A DNA stretch of 63,752 bases, filler included, from an uncultured Methanosarcinales archaeon (GTDB taxonomy: Archaea > Nanobdellota > Nanobdellia > Woesearchaeales > CAYMBN01), in NCBI GenBank assembly GCA_964388715.1. It is 6 parts of 4 records of this genome, joined end to end, with 100 filler letters (N's around TTAATTAATTAA, not from the genome) between each part and the next. Parts side by side here need not be neighbours in the genome. Positions count along the whole stretch, not along the records: positions 7,869 to 39,258 come from CAYMBN010000004.1; 5 more parts are not named here. One strand, 5' to 3'. Position 1 is the stretch's first letter. Every line of letters starts with the position of its first letter. Position numbers and translations under genes: made by a program. Shown here piece by piece: positions 11,301 to 20,193 of this stretch. The notes below the pieces were generated by a model, which saw only the letters and a program-made list of their open reading frames with translations, did no database searches and was not told the DNA's origin.

Positions 11301-11393
11301 AAACAAAAAGACATTTTTGACAGATTACCTGGAAAAAATGTTAAAGATGAATTTAAAAAATTATCCAAATTAAATAAAAAAAATAAAAAATGA
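8388..11393 (+). CDS. Large membrane-anchored surface protein: Ig-like domains, thrombospondin type-3-like Ca-binding repeats, C-terminal TM and basic tail
   Basis: Signal peptide; repeated DxDxDG..D..DxCPxTP and DGMPDxWE units; TM near aa 840-862; Lys-rich tail. Confidence 0.85.
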   Translation: MKLKKIIWIFVLLSLILNCAALTIQTSTPTIKVYYDEEVIIINKNLTNDLNNESYALSQTTQDNKTFEFTPIYALSNGNHTFKLEAKDIFGNIADEYILKFTINAPFINIKLHQPKFGVSDHLPFDVIINTSQIAICKYAINPNYLYSEMIFFTQTNNYTHKISNFNIRESKLYIKCKDELNRINENQPVIFDISYDNTAPKLTPIFDPNPIIELIDDRARTNLTLTTDDFAICKYSTQNINYSSMGSKFDNWNPYKQENFVKTHSKEFDFSNDTKNYDYYFTCENLAGLVSNPVKKTLTVNTQIGLTIKVNTPSPTKETNITLDISTNKRSKCSFTFNSTETLFPTTLAKQHSINIGTFTAGSHKFNITCSSAGEKVTKDFTLVIDLSEPSKVIFDEDLKDYTCERSNNRWRVRAEFSAQDNESGIGAFNYSLYQGNNLIFGWITATARGDNTYEAEVETNNNGDDLNLTPGKKYHFRAIAMNKVGIWNRDIEESRDITALDKLDDKCRDTNPPETSITTKKITNGVNITINCYDRNPGCDDSERTYGSNLVQGLCSETREYHDRPITLIESTYFCWRVCDTVNNCKTEIQYVDVNAMLNDADNDGIADDSDNCANTPSDEVAVKNGCSCSQLDEDKDNVNNCKDECPRTPLAETDKVNNKGCAPSERDSDGDGMPDNWEKLYDLDPYDPNDRDEDLDNDGSTNYEEYREGTDPTDPNSTPAIDSDSDGIVDNKDKCPNTPFDELANEDGCSVSQVDTDQDGIPDVWETQNNLDPNNPEDAYFDNDGEGLLNIEEYQYSTNPNNEDTDGDKFDDKREIDAGTDPNDPNSKPEGGSILSGIVSVLGTLSILGGGGYLGYEKYFGKKKVLMTSPTTKKTIIPQQIIKRTTIKKPLQSKTKTRQRPLQLLKRKKLTKEKKVTERSKLFDVFGKTSPSKKLKITQTKKPILKRITKPTKKLNKIKNIFVRPAQKKQKDIFDRLPGKNVKDEFKKLSKLNKKNKK

Positions 11394-11884
11394 AATATCA
11401 AAAAAAAGCACAAATGGTAAGCCAAATTTTTATTTATATTATGGGCCTTATTGTAGTTGGATTCATAATATTATATGGTTATAATGCAATAAAAGGTTTT
11501 TATTCACAAGCAGAACAAGTAACTTTAATAGAATTTACAACAAAACTTCAATCAAACATTGAAAAGATTTCAAGCACAATTAATAAAGAAGAATTAACAT
11601 TAAACCCACCTAAATTGTATGATCAACTTTGTTTTGTTGATATTGAAAATGTTAACTCTGATTCCATTTCCCACCCACTAATTAAAAATAGTGTTAAGGA
11701 TAATGTAAGCATGAACATCTTTTTGATGGGAAAAGAAAGATTTAAACCAATATTTATTCACAAAAACAATCGACCACTAATAAAATTGGAATCACCTTAT
11801 TTTGATTGCACAAATATTTCTCATGACAAAATCACTTTACAGTTAGAAGGAGTTGGAAATGGTGCAAAGATTTCTTTCAAATAA
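11390..11884 (+). CDS. Class III signal peptide (pilin-like) protein
   Basis: KKA/QMVSQ followed by a hydrophobic helix. Confidence 0.8.
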   Translation: MKYQKKAQMVSQIFIYIMGLIVVGFIILYGYNAIKGFYSQAEQVTLIEFTTKLQSNIEKISSTINKEELTLNPPKLYDQLCFVDIENVNSDSISHPLIKNSVKDNVSMNIFLMGKERFKPIFIHKNNRPLIKLESPYFDCTNISHDKITLQLEGVGNGAKISFK

Positions 11885-12854
11885 AAAGGCAGTAATTGAA
11901 ATACAAGCAAGTTGGATATTTATATTAATTGCAGGTGTGGTCATTCTCTTATTTTTTACAGGTATAACTAAATTTCAAAGAACTTCTTCAGAATTTGGTT
12001 TAGAAGCAGACGTATTTAACAAATTTGACTTAATTTTATCAGGTTTAGAATCAAGCGTTAAAACAAGTAATGTAATAAATCTACCTAAATCAGGATTAAT
12101 CTTCGAATGTGATAAATTTAAGTTTTCTGATTCAAACATTGAAGGGAAAAGCTACAAAAATGCAATTGTGTTTGGCCCAGACAAATTAACATCGCTAAAA
12201 TTTATTACGTGGACAGAAACCTGGGAATTACCTTACAAAATATCAAATTTCCTTTACATTATTGATTCAGGTATAAAATATTTATTCATTTATGATAACC
12301 TTTATTATGACAAAGCTTTTGATTTATATGAAAACATTCCAGATTTTGTTAACAAAGAAATTAACTTAACCCCTGGATTAAAACAAGAAAACACTTTTTA
12401 TGTCTTTGTCACAGAACAAGAACCAAATTTTGTTCAATATAATTATTCAATTTGGATCAAACCATTAGGAGATTTTCATGGTGAAGTTAATTTTCCAGAT
12501 GGAAACCAAACTCATTATCTTGGAGATGCTACATTATATGGTGCAATTTTCTCAAATAATTACAAAAAATATAATTGTATAATCAAAAAAGCTTTTGAAA
12601 ATTATATTTATATTACAGATATTTTTCTAAAAAGAACAGAATATTTGATAAATAATGTTAATGAAGATTGTAAACAATATTACCAAACAGATCATCTTAG
12701 AGCAATACTTGATGAAACAAAAAACTGTAACAAGAATTTTCCCGATTTGTATAATTGTGATATTGAAAGAATCAAACTCAATGTAAACCGTTTAGGAGGA
12801 ATAACTGGTGACAATAACCTTTTACAACAATGGTCTTGTCCATTAATTTATTAA
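11859..12854 (+). CDS. Class III signal peptide (pilin-like) protein
   Basis: NKKA/VIEIQ followed by a hydrophobic helix; start overlaps the previous gene. Confidence 0.75.
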   Translation: MVQRFLSNKKAVIEIQASWIFILIAGVVILLFFTGITKFQRTSSEFGLEADVFNKFDLILSGLESSVKTSNVINLPKSGLIFECDKFKFSDSNIEGKSYKNAIVFGPDKLTSLKFITWTETWELPYKISNFLYIIDSGIKYLFIYDNLYYDKAFDLYENIPDFVNKEINLTPGLKQENTFYVFVTEQEPNFVQYNYSIWIKPLGDFHGEVNFPDGNQTHYLGDATLYGAIFSNNYKKYNCIIKKAFENYIYITDIFLKRTEYLINNVNEDCKQYYQTDHLRAILDETKNCNKNFPDLYNCDIERIKLNVNRLGGITGDNNLLQQWSCPLIY

Positions 12855-12855
12855 A

Positions 12856-13350
12856 ATGAAACGCAAAGCACAAGTTAAGATGGGAGAAAACATTGCAATA
12901 CTCTTCATTTTCCTAATTTTAATTGTATTTGGTTTAGTTTTTTATATGAAAGTACAAAAAACAACTTATACACAAAAAGTTGATGAATCATTTAGTGAAG
13001 ATGTTATTAAGATTAGCCAAATCATTTCCATGCTACCAGAAACAAGATGCCCAACAGACATAATTGGTATTGAAAATTGTATTGACTTAATAAAATTAAA
13101 TATCACAAGCAACTTGATCAATCAAGATACCTCAACAAGATTACATTATTTTGACAAATTTAAGTATAGCAAAATTCAACTTACCTCAGTATATCCTCTT
13201 TATGGAGTTAACATAACTTTTTATAATTATCCTAACAAAGAAAATCAAGAAGAATTACAATATCATTATGTTCCAATACCTGTTTTATCATATGATGCTA
13301 TAACAAGTAATTACATATTTTCAATATTAGAGGTGTTTGTTTACAAATGA
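12856..13350 (+). CDS. Class III signal peptide (pilin-like) protein
   Basis: MKRKA/QVKMGE followed by a hydrophobic helix. Confidence 0.8.
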   Translation: MKRKAQVKMGENIAILFIFLILIVFGLVFYMKVQKTTYTQKVDESFSEDVIKISQIISMLPETRCPTDIIGIENCIDLIKLNITSNLINQDTSTRLHYFDKFKYSKIQLTSVYPLYGVNITFYNYPNKENQEELQYHYVPIPVLSYDAITSNYIFSILEVFVYK

Positions 13351-13826
13351 AACGAAAGGCACAAACAGAAATAATGGGTTTAGCAGTAATAGTACTTTTA
13401 CTTGCTTTAGGAATGTTATTCATTGTAAAATTTGTTTTATTAAGACCAGAATCAACAACAGAACAAGAATTTGTACATTCACAATTAGCAGGAAAAATAT
13501 TAAATTCCTTAATAAAAACAACTTCTGACTGTAATAATGCACCATTAGCAGATGTTATCCAAAATTGTGTTGAAGGATTTCCAAATGGTGACATGTATTG
13601 CTTTAACACAGAAGAATATTCATGTAATTTCATTAACCAAACAATAAAATACATCCTCAAAGAAACACTTGATAAATGGAAAACAGATTACACTTTAACA
13701 ATCTCAGTTCAAAATCAAACCTTTTTCAAGTTTTCAGACTGTACAAGTCCTAATACAAAATCAGCAATTCAACCTATTAACACAGCCCTAGGTGACCTAA
13801 TCTTAAGATTAAACATTTGTAATTAG
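13347..13826 (+). CDS. Class III signal peptide (pilin-like) protein
   Basis: MKRKA/QTEIMG followed by a hydrophobic helix; ATGA overlap. Confidence 0.8.
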   Translation: MKRKAQTEIMGLAVIVLLLALGMLFIVKFVLLRPESTTEQEFVHSQLAGKILNSLIKTTSDCNNAPLADVIQNCVEGFPNGDMYCFNTEEYSCNFINQTIKYILKETLDKWKTDYTLTISVQNQTFFKFSDCTSPNTKSAIQPINTALGDLILRLNICN

Positions 13827-13864
13827 TAAACTTTTAATAACAAGCTCATATAATACACATTAAA

Positions 13865-13978
13865 ATGAAACCAAACAAAAAGGCCATAGGAACAATGTAC
13901 ATTGTGATAATCATTGTAGTTATCATAATCTTTTTTATACTATTCAAAATAATGTCAAACATAATACCAAAACCATGA
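13865..13978 (+). CDS. 37-aa minimal pilin-like peptide (not in ORF track)
   Basis: MKPNKKA/IGTMYIVIIIVVIIIFFILFKIMSNIIPKP*; stop overlaps the next start (ATGA). Confidence 0.7.
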   Translation: MKPNKKAIGTMYIVIIIVVIIIFFILFKIMSNIIPKP

Positions 13979-14895
13979 AACTAAACAAAAGAGCAGTTGG
14001 TGCACAAAACTTAACAATGATTATAATAGCATTAATTGCAGCAGGATTCTTTATATGGATTGTTTCTGATAAAATTGTTCCTTATTTAACAGAATCAGGT
14101 GGTACAGGAGCATGCTTATCTTCTGTTATACTTAGAGACCAAAGTCGAGGTTTCACACATATAAGTAGTCTTGAATGCGAAACAGAATTTATTAACCATG
14201 AATCCTTCCTAAAAAAATCAAAAATAGACAAAAACCATGAACCAGAAATAAAAATCAACAAAACCAAAGTATTCTTAGCAGATCAAATGTCAAACTGTTG
14301 GTATCAATTTGGAGAAGGACAATACGAACCTTTCCACGGCTACAAAACACAAGAAAAAGTGGGTTGTTTTGTTTGTTCTAAATTTACTATCCCAAACAAA
14401 GAATTTTATGAATCCAATGATAGAAAAATTATAGAAAAAAATGATTTTATAAATTTCCTTGATACATACTCAAAACCAACAATGGACAAAACCTATTACC
14501 AATTCCTCAAAAAGGCATTATATAATCAAGAAAACCCTTTTATACTTGGGATAGTAGAGGATGTAAAAACAAAAAAATTATATTCTCAAGATGAAAGAAG
14601 TTATGTCCCTCCAGGAACTGTTTTGATTATTGACGCAATCAAATTTTATTTTATCGACGAAGAAGAAAAACCAGGTTATGTTTTTTTTGAACCTGTTCTA
14701 CTTGAAGGAGAAGAATACTCTGTAATCTTCTGGCAACTTACTGACAACTATTTATCACAAGCTTTTGACAATGGTTTATTAAGCAATTTATTTAGTAGTA
14801 AATCAGAAGTTGAAAAAGTAGATAATCCTACACTTGTTATGGTAGTTCCTTATGAAAATGTTCAAAGTTTGGGGTGTGACACATTACAAGGTTAA
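13975..14895 (+). CDS. Class III signal peptide (pilin-like) protein
   Basis: NKRA/VGAQ; LADQMSNCWYQFGEG..CFVCS motif shared with the next gene. Confidence 0.8.
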   Translation: MKLNKRAVGAQNLTMIIIALIAAGFFIWIVSDKIVPYLTESGGTGACLSSVILRDQSRGFTHISSLECETEFINHESFLKKSKIDKNHEPEIKINKTKVFLADQMSNCWYQFGEGQYEPFHGYKTQEKVGCFVCSKFTIPNKEFYESNDRKIIEKNDFINFLDTYSKPTMDKTYYQFLKKALYNQENPFILGIVEDVKTKKLYSQDERSYVPPGTVLIIDAIKFYFIDEEEKPGYVFFEPVLLEGEEYSVIFWQLTDNYLSQAFDNGLLSNLFSSKSEVEKVDNPTLVMVVPYENVQSLGCDTLQG

Positions 14896-14924
14896 AAAAA
14901 AAGTCTTTAGCTACAATATTATTA

Positions 14925-15845
14925 ATGATGATTATACTTGGATTAATAATACTTATTTTCTTATCCTTCTTTGTTAAAGATGTTGGTGATTACATTGGTG
15001 GTATTGGTGATGATGAAAAATGCAGAGCAAGTGTTATTGCAAATGCAAAAACTAAAACAGGCCTTGTTGAAACAGGTTTAAGTGGTTTCACAAAACCATG
15101 GGGTTCAGAAACAAGAGAAATTGAATGTCCAACAAAACAAATTACAATAAAAAATCAAGAAATTGAAAAACAAGATGATATCAAAAAGATTCTTGCAAAT
15201 GAAATGTATTCTTGTTGGTGGAAATTTGGTGAAGGAAAACTCAATGCTTTTAGTGATTGGAAAACAGAAAATGTTTGTGCAATCTGTTCAATAGTTAGTT
15301 TTGATGAAAAAACAAAGGAAGAATATCCAAAAATAAATAAAATGAGTAAATATCTCGTCGAGAAAAAAATTCCTTTCAAAGAAAAAACTTATCATCAATA
15401 TTTCACAGGCAAATCCATAACAGATGAATCAATGCTAAATGAATTAATTGATAAAGAAAAACCAATAATAACTCAAATACCTTATTCAACAATCTTTGTG
15501 ATCACAAAACAAAACACTGCAAGTGAATTTTATAAATCAATTGGCATTACTAGCACCACAGGTGCTGTTGGCACAGGACTAGCTGCAGTAGGTGGAATAA
15601 TTTTATTAAACCTAATACCTGGTGTAAACATAGCAGCAACAACAGCTATTGCAGCTGGTGGAATTGGTTTTGGAACTGGTGCATTAACAGGAGGTTCTAT
15701 TGGTTCTTACATTGCGACAGAACACAAAGATCAATACTCTGCAGCAATTTATTTAGTACCTTATGAATTTGCAGATTTAAATGCAAAATGTAATTCACTT
15801 GGTCAAGATCCTTTTAAAGAAGAACGTGAAGAGGTGTTATCATGA
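14925..15845 (+). CDS. Pilin-like protein with a glycine-rich hydrophobic insertion; true start uncertain
   Basis: In-frame KKKS/LATILL lies upstream of the first ATG; LANEMYSCWWKFGEG..CAICS motif. Confidence 0.75.
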   Translation: MMIILGLIILIFLSFFVKDVGDYIGGIGDDEKCRASVIANAKTKTGLVETGLSGFTKPWGSETREIECPTKQITIKNQEIEKQDDIKKILANEMYSCWWKFGEGKLNAFSDWKTENVCAICSIVSFDEKTKEEYPKINKMSKYLVEKKIPFKEKTYHQYFTGKSITDESMLNELIDKEKPIITQIPYSTIFVITKQNTASEFYKSIGITSTTGAVGTGLAAVGGIILLNLIPGVNIAATTAIAAGGIGFGTGALTGGSIGSYIATEHKDQYSAAIYLVPYEFADLNAKCNSLGQDPFKEEREEVLS

Positions 15846-16000
15846 ATAAAAAAGGTTTTGAACTTGGCTGGCACTTTATTGGTTTATTAATCCTAGCAGT
15901 AGTATTAATGTTAATATTAATTTGGGTAATTAAATCATTAGGTGGAGAAAGTACAAGTCTTTTTGAAAAATTCAAAAACATAGTTTCTTTTGGAAAATGA
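15842..16000 (+). CDS. 52-aa pilin-like peptide (not in ORF track)
   Basis: MNKKG/FELGWHFIGLLILAVVLMLILIWVIK...FGK*; ATGA overlaps at both ends. Confidence 0.78.
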   Translation: MNKKGFELGWHFIGLLILAVVLMLILIWVIKSLGGESTSLFEKFKNIVSFGK

Positions 16001-18180
16001 ATAAAAAAGCAATTGCATGGAATGTTATAATAGTGGCAGTTTTCGTCGTTATAATCATTTTTGTAATACCTACAGCTTTATATGGTAACATACCCAAATT
16101 AATCAAAGGAGGAATTCCTTCCACTGAAATCAGAGACCAACAAACAAACATTGTCCCTTTTGATTTCTCAAACTTCGTAACCAACATTGAAACATGTAAA
16201 TACTCTGATGAAAAAGAATGCCTATGTCCAATAACATCATTTGCAAGATTTCCAATCAATAGAAGAATCTTTATCAAACAAGAAGACGGAATCTTTTTTT
16301 CATACTTAAAAACAAACATAAAACTAATGGAAAACACTGTTTGGTTTGAAGATCAAAATTCAATAAATTATTATTTTATACCACAAGCAAGATTTATAGG
16401 TAGTGTTTTCAAAGAAAAAAAAGGCTTTTTCTCACGTTTATTTAACCCAAACAATGAAAAAGACTTATTAGGAATAAGTTTATTCAAACCAGTTGACATA
16501 AAATACCAAGATCCTAAAATAGATTTTGAAGGAATAAAAACTCAAGTAGTATACTTGCCTCATGAAGAAGAAACAAAAAGTGGTGTTCCACAAGAAGTAA
16601 CTCAAAAATCAGCATTTTTATCATCAACACCATCAACCTACTCAGGATTAATTTACAAAAAAGATCAAGAAACCTATGTAATCCTCAATGATGATATATT
16701 AAAAGAAAAATACAGTAATTCTAAAACATGTGATATTCAATCAGGACTCAAACAAGCAATAGTTCAATTCAATGAATTTTACAATCAATACAATACTTGT
16801 GAAAACCAATTCGAACAAAACTGTTTATGCTCTCAATCAAAAATCCAATTACCAGAAGATTATAATATTCAAATTAAAGCAGGCAAAGAATATACTTATA
16901 GTGAAATCTCTCTTATTTACAAAGACACAAACATATTCACAAAACCATTAGAATTCCTATCAAACAAAGAAACCACATTTACACTCAAACCAAACAATTA
17001 CTTAATAAACCAAGATGGAAGAGTCCTAATAACAGAATTAAATCATAATTACTTCTCCTGTGATATAACATCACAAGACAAATATAATTACCTTGTTGAA
17101 AAATTCAAAAACTTTGAAAACACTAATTTTAATGATCAAGAAATCTGCATTGTTGACACACTTAATTTAGAAAACATTCAAGGAAATTTTGTTGCATACA
17201 ACTTAGCAGGTGAACCAAAAAAATTTAATTTAATATACACAGATGATGATTTCACAGGAGGACCAACAGATATTAACGGTGAATTATGTATTCTTGTAAA
17301 AATTAATAATCAATTTATCCCAAATCCTGTTACAAATAAATTTTACATAAATCAATATGAACCAGATGGTATGGGTGGATCACAATTAAAACAACTTGCA
17401 CAAGCAAGTGCAAAATTAGGAGATGATGATGGAAGCATTTATTACCAACTAAGCAAACACGCAAGATTATATTACATCCCTTCTGAAAAAGCAGTTTGTT
17501 TTGACCCAATTAACATCAAAGCAACACATGATAAATCATCACTAGAAATTGCAGGAGAAGAGGTCAAACCTTGTGAAGAACCAATAACTTCAGTAATTGC
17601 AGAATTAAACACTAAAAACATAATATTAAACAAAGTTTGTGAAAATAACCTCAACCAAGACCCAATGCCTGGTTTATTACTTGCTTTAACACAACAAGAA
17701 AGCAGTTTCAAACACTGTTGCCAAACCAAAAACAAGAACACAGATTATACATGTACCCATTCTGACAACACTATCTGTGACAAAGATCACATATTAACAA
17801 ATTATGATGAAGATGATAATCCTGTTGCAATTGGAATCATGCAAATTAATGTTAACCAACACATAGAAAGAATCAAAAGAATATGTGGATCCCTAAACCA
17901 AATTTATGATTTAAACTGTAACATCTTAGTTGGAATTGATATACTCAAAGAAAAATATGAAACATACAAAGATGGTATTGACTCAGAACTTGTTGATAAA
18001 TATTGTGAAATTCCAGCTCATGCAAAAACATACAAAACTTATGATGGTTGGAATGCTGCCTTAAGGGGCTACAATGGCCTAGATTGTGATACAGAAGGTG
18101 CTGATGTTGATTATGTTGAAACAATAAATAAAATTTATACAGATAGCTACAAAGACTCCAAATGTCCACAACCAACCTAA
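15997..18180 (+). CDS. Pilin-like protein with a C-terminal lytic transglycosylase (SLT/lysozyme-like) domain
   Basis: MNKKA/IAW signal; ALTQQESSF, GIMQIN, NILVGIDIL, AALRGYNG and YVETI motifs. Confidence 0.8.
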   Translation: MNKKAIAWNVIIVAVFVVIIIFVIPTALYGNIPKLIKGGIPSTEIRDQQTNIVPFDFSNFVTNIETCKYSDEKECLCPITSFARFPINRRIFIKQEDGIFFSYLKTNIKLMENTVWFEDQNSINYYFIPQARFIGSVFKEKKGFFSRLFNPNNEKDLLGISLFKPVDIKYQDPKIDFEGIKTQVVYLPHEEETKSGVPQEVTQKSAFLSSTPSTYSGLIYKKDQETYVILNDDILKEKYSNSKTCDIQSGLKQAIVQFNEFYNQYNTCENQFEQNCLCSQSKIQLPEDYNIQIKAGKEYTYSEISLIYKDTNIFTKPLEFLSNKETTFTLKPNNYLINQDGRVLITELNHNYFSCDITSQDKYNYLVEKFKNFENTNFNDQEICIVDTLNLENIQGNFVAYNLAGEPKKFNLIYTDDDFTGGPTDINGELCILVKINNQFIPNPVTNKFYINQYEPDGMGGSQLKQLAQASAKLGDDDGSIYYQLSKHARLYYIPSEKAVCFDPINIKATHDKSSLEIAGEEVKPCEEPITSVIAELNTKNIILNKVCENNLNQDPMPGLLLALTQQESSFKHCCQTKNKNTDYTCTHSDNTICDKDHILTNYDEDDNPVAIGIMQINVNQHIERIKRICGSLNQIYDLNCNILVGIDILKEKYETYKDGIDSELVDKYCEIPAHAKTYKTYDGWNAALRGYNGLDCDTEGADVDYVETINKIYTDSYKDSKCPQPT

Positions 18181-18267
18181 ACAGCTTAAACATTTGAAAT
18201 TTCCAAAACATTTATATATAATAGAGCATATAAATTCAATATTAATATTCAAAACGAGGTGAATCAT

Positions 18268-18543
18268 ATGAACAAAAAAGCACAAGGAATTTCTCTTAAT
18301 GTCATTATTATAGCTGCTGTAGCACTAATCGTTCTGGTTATATTAGTAGCTATCTTTACAGGCAGAATGGGTATATTTACAAAAGATATTGGTACTGCAA
18401 CTGAAGGTGCAAAATGTTCTGGTAAAGTTATGACACCAGGAGAATGTGATGCAGCAAAAGGTGAACAATTATTAGGTAATTTTAATGATGTTGATGCAGG
18501 ATTAGTTTGTTGTAAAACAGCAGAAACAACAGAAGGTGAATAA
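18268..18543 (+). CDS. Candidate major pilin
   Basis: MNKKA/QGISLNVIIIAAVALIVL; upstream TATA-like TTTATATA near 18211, SD GAGGTGA, T-rich tract after the stop. Confidence 0.8.
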   Translation: MNKKAQGISLNVIIIAAVALIVLVILVAIFTGRMGIFTKDIGTATEGAKCSGKVMTPGECDAAKGEQLLGNFNDVDAGLVCCKTAETTEGE

Positions 18544-18615
18544 TCTCTTTTTCTTTCTTTTTTCAATAATCTTTAAATACTAGCTTATCCTATTTTTTAC
18601 AAAAGGGTGATATTT

Positions 18616-18921
18616 ATGAATAAGAAAGGCTTTGAAATGACTTTCAGTGCAATTATATACGCTGCTTTAGCACTTATTATTTTAACTGTGGTAATTCTTA
18701 TTTTCACAGGTCAAATGACCAAGATTTCAGGTATATTTAGTCAGAAAACAGACGAACTTAGTGACCAATCTAACAGAATGACATTAATAAGTGGAGATTG
18801 TTCTGTTGACAAAAATGGTGAATGTTGTCTAGAAAACGATGAAAGAGAACAGTTTTCAACACCAATAAATGGATGGAAAGATTGTAATGAACAAAAACCA
18901 ATGTGTTGCCAAAAAAGCTAA
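18616..18921 (+). CDS. Small pilin-like protein, paralogue of the previous gene
   Basis: MNKKG/FEMTF..ALIILTVVILIFTG; C-terminal CC; SD GGGTGA. Confidence 0.8.
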   Translation: MNKKGFEMTFSAIIYAALALIILTVVILIFTGQMTKISGIFSQKTDELSDQSNRMTLISGDCSVDKNGECCLENDEREQFSTPINGWKDCNEQKPMCCQKS

Positions 18922-19330
18922 CACTAATTATATGATAATGTTTGTTGTAGGCCTTATCCTATTAATCATAATAGCAATACCAATGTACGGCTTTATTGCA
19001 CGTTTATTTAACATATTTTCTGATAACCCAGATCAAGCAACAATAGGTTCATTTGATAACCTTATTGAAGAAATTGAAAACATAATAAAAGAAGACACCA
19101 ACCAAAAAACAATCCCTTACTACATCAAACCAGGCATACAATTAAACAAATGTAGTGAAGAAGTACTTTGTTTATGTGAAGATGAAAACTGCGAAACAAC
19201 AATAAAAGAATCTGAAGTATTCCAAGGCTTCGTATTCATCATCAAAGACCAAATTATCTTTGAAAAAGATGAAGTAAAAAACATTAAACTCGAGAAAAAC
19301 GCCAATACAATTAGTATCAGTTGGCCGTAA
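18869..19330 (+). CDS. Class III signal peptide (pilin-like) protein
   Basis: AKKA/NTNY followed by a hydrophobic helix; CLC motif; start uncertain. Confidence 0.72.
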   Translation: MDGKIVMNKNQCVAKKANTNYMIMFVVGLILLIIIAIPMYGFIARLFNIFSDNPDQATIGSFDNLIEEIENIIKEDTNQKTIPYYIKPGIQLNKCSEEVLCLCEDENCETTIKESEVFQGFVFIIKDQIIFEKDEVKNIKLEKNANTISISWP

Positions 19331-19362
19331 ATTATATAAACCAATAAACTAATTCTTAGAGT

Positions 19363-20193
19363 ATGTTAAAAAAAAGAGGAACATCAGAAATACAAGAACA
19401 ACTTTTCTTTGTTTTTGAACTACTTCTAGTCCTTTTTGTAGGTTTTGCACTATTTCGTTATGTAAACACAATTGTTGAAAATCAATTATTTGAAGCAGAA
19501 TACCTCACAAGAGACACAGCACTTTTAATGAACACAATGTCAGGAATAAACTCAAACGTTTTTTTTAATTTCCTTTCAAAAAAAGATCTTAACCTTGAAT
19601 TCAACACTGTTTTAACAAACAATGTGATAATCACACTTAACAACAAAAAATTCAAACAATATGGGATAGACATAACATTTCCATTTGCAACAAACCAAAA
19701 CCACATTTACAATTTAAAAAACCCAGGCAAATTCAAAAACACAATACATTTCATAAAACAAGGCAACAATTTCATAGTTAGTGAAAAAACAGGTGGAAAA
19801 ACCAAATCATATTACTATGAAAATGTAAAAACATCAAATATACCAAAAAAGATTAATCTTAAATGTGCATCAGAAATAGAATCATTCTGTAACAATCTAA
19901 AACAATATTCAGAATCAAGAAACCTTGGCATAGAATTCACAACAAAGGACTCAGACATTTATCTCACAATAAGCAAAAACACAAAAAACAAAGCAACCAT
20001 TGTCAAAAATAAAGAAAGCAGAAAGTTTGCATCACTCATCTTTAATAATCTAAACAAAGATAGCATAATCATTGTAGATTCAAGCCAACTCGATGCTTTA
20101 GTTATAATTAATCTTGAACTTACAGAAGAACTAATTAACCATCCTTCAACACTTGAAGCTTTCAAAAACACAATAGAGGAATTTTTCAAATGA
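19363..20193 (+). CDS. Pilin-like protein with a possible degenerate Amidase_3-like C-terminal domain
   Basis: KKRG/TSEIQE signal; DIYLTIS..ESRKFASLIFNNL..IINLEL..AFKNTIEEFF pattern. Confidence 0.65.
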   Translation: MLKKRGTSEIQEQLFFVFELLLVLFVGFALFRYVNTIVENQLFEAEYLTRDTALLMNTMSGINSNVFFNFLSKKDLNLEFNTVLTNNVIITLNNKKFKQYGIDITFPFATNQNHIYNLKNPGKFKNTIHFIKQGNNFIVSEKTGGKTKSYYYENVKTSNIPKKINLKCASEIESFCNNLKQYSESRNLGIEFTTKDSDIYLTISKNTKNKATIVKNKESRKFASLIFNNLNKDSIIIVDSSQLDALVIINLELTEELINHPSTLEAFKNTIEEFFK

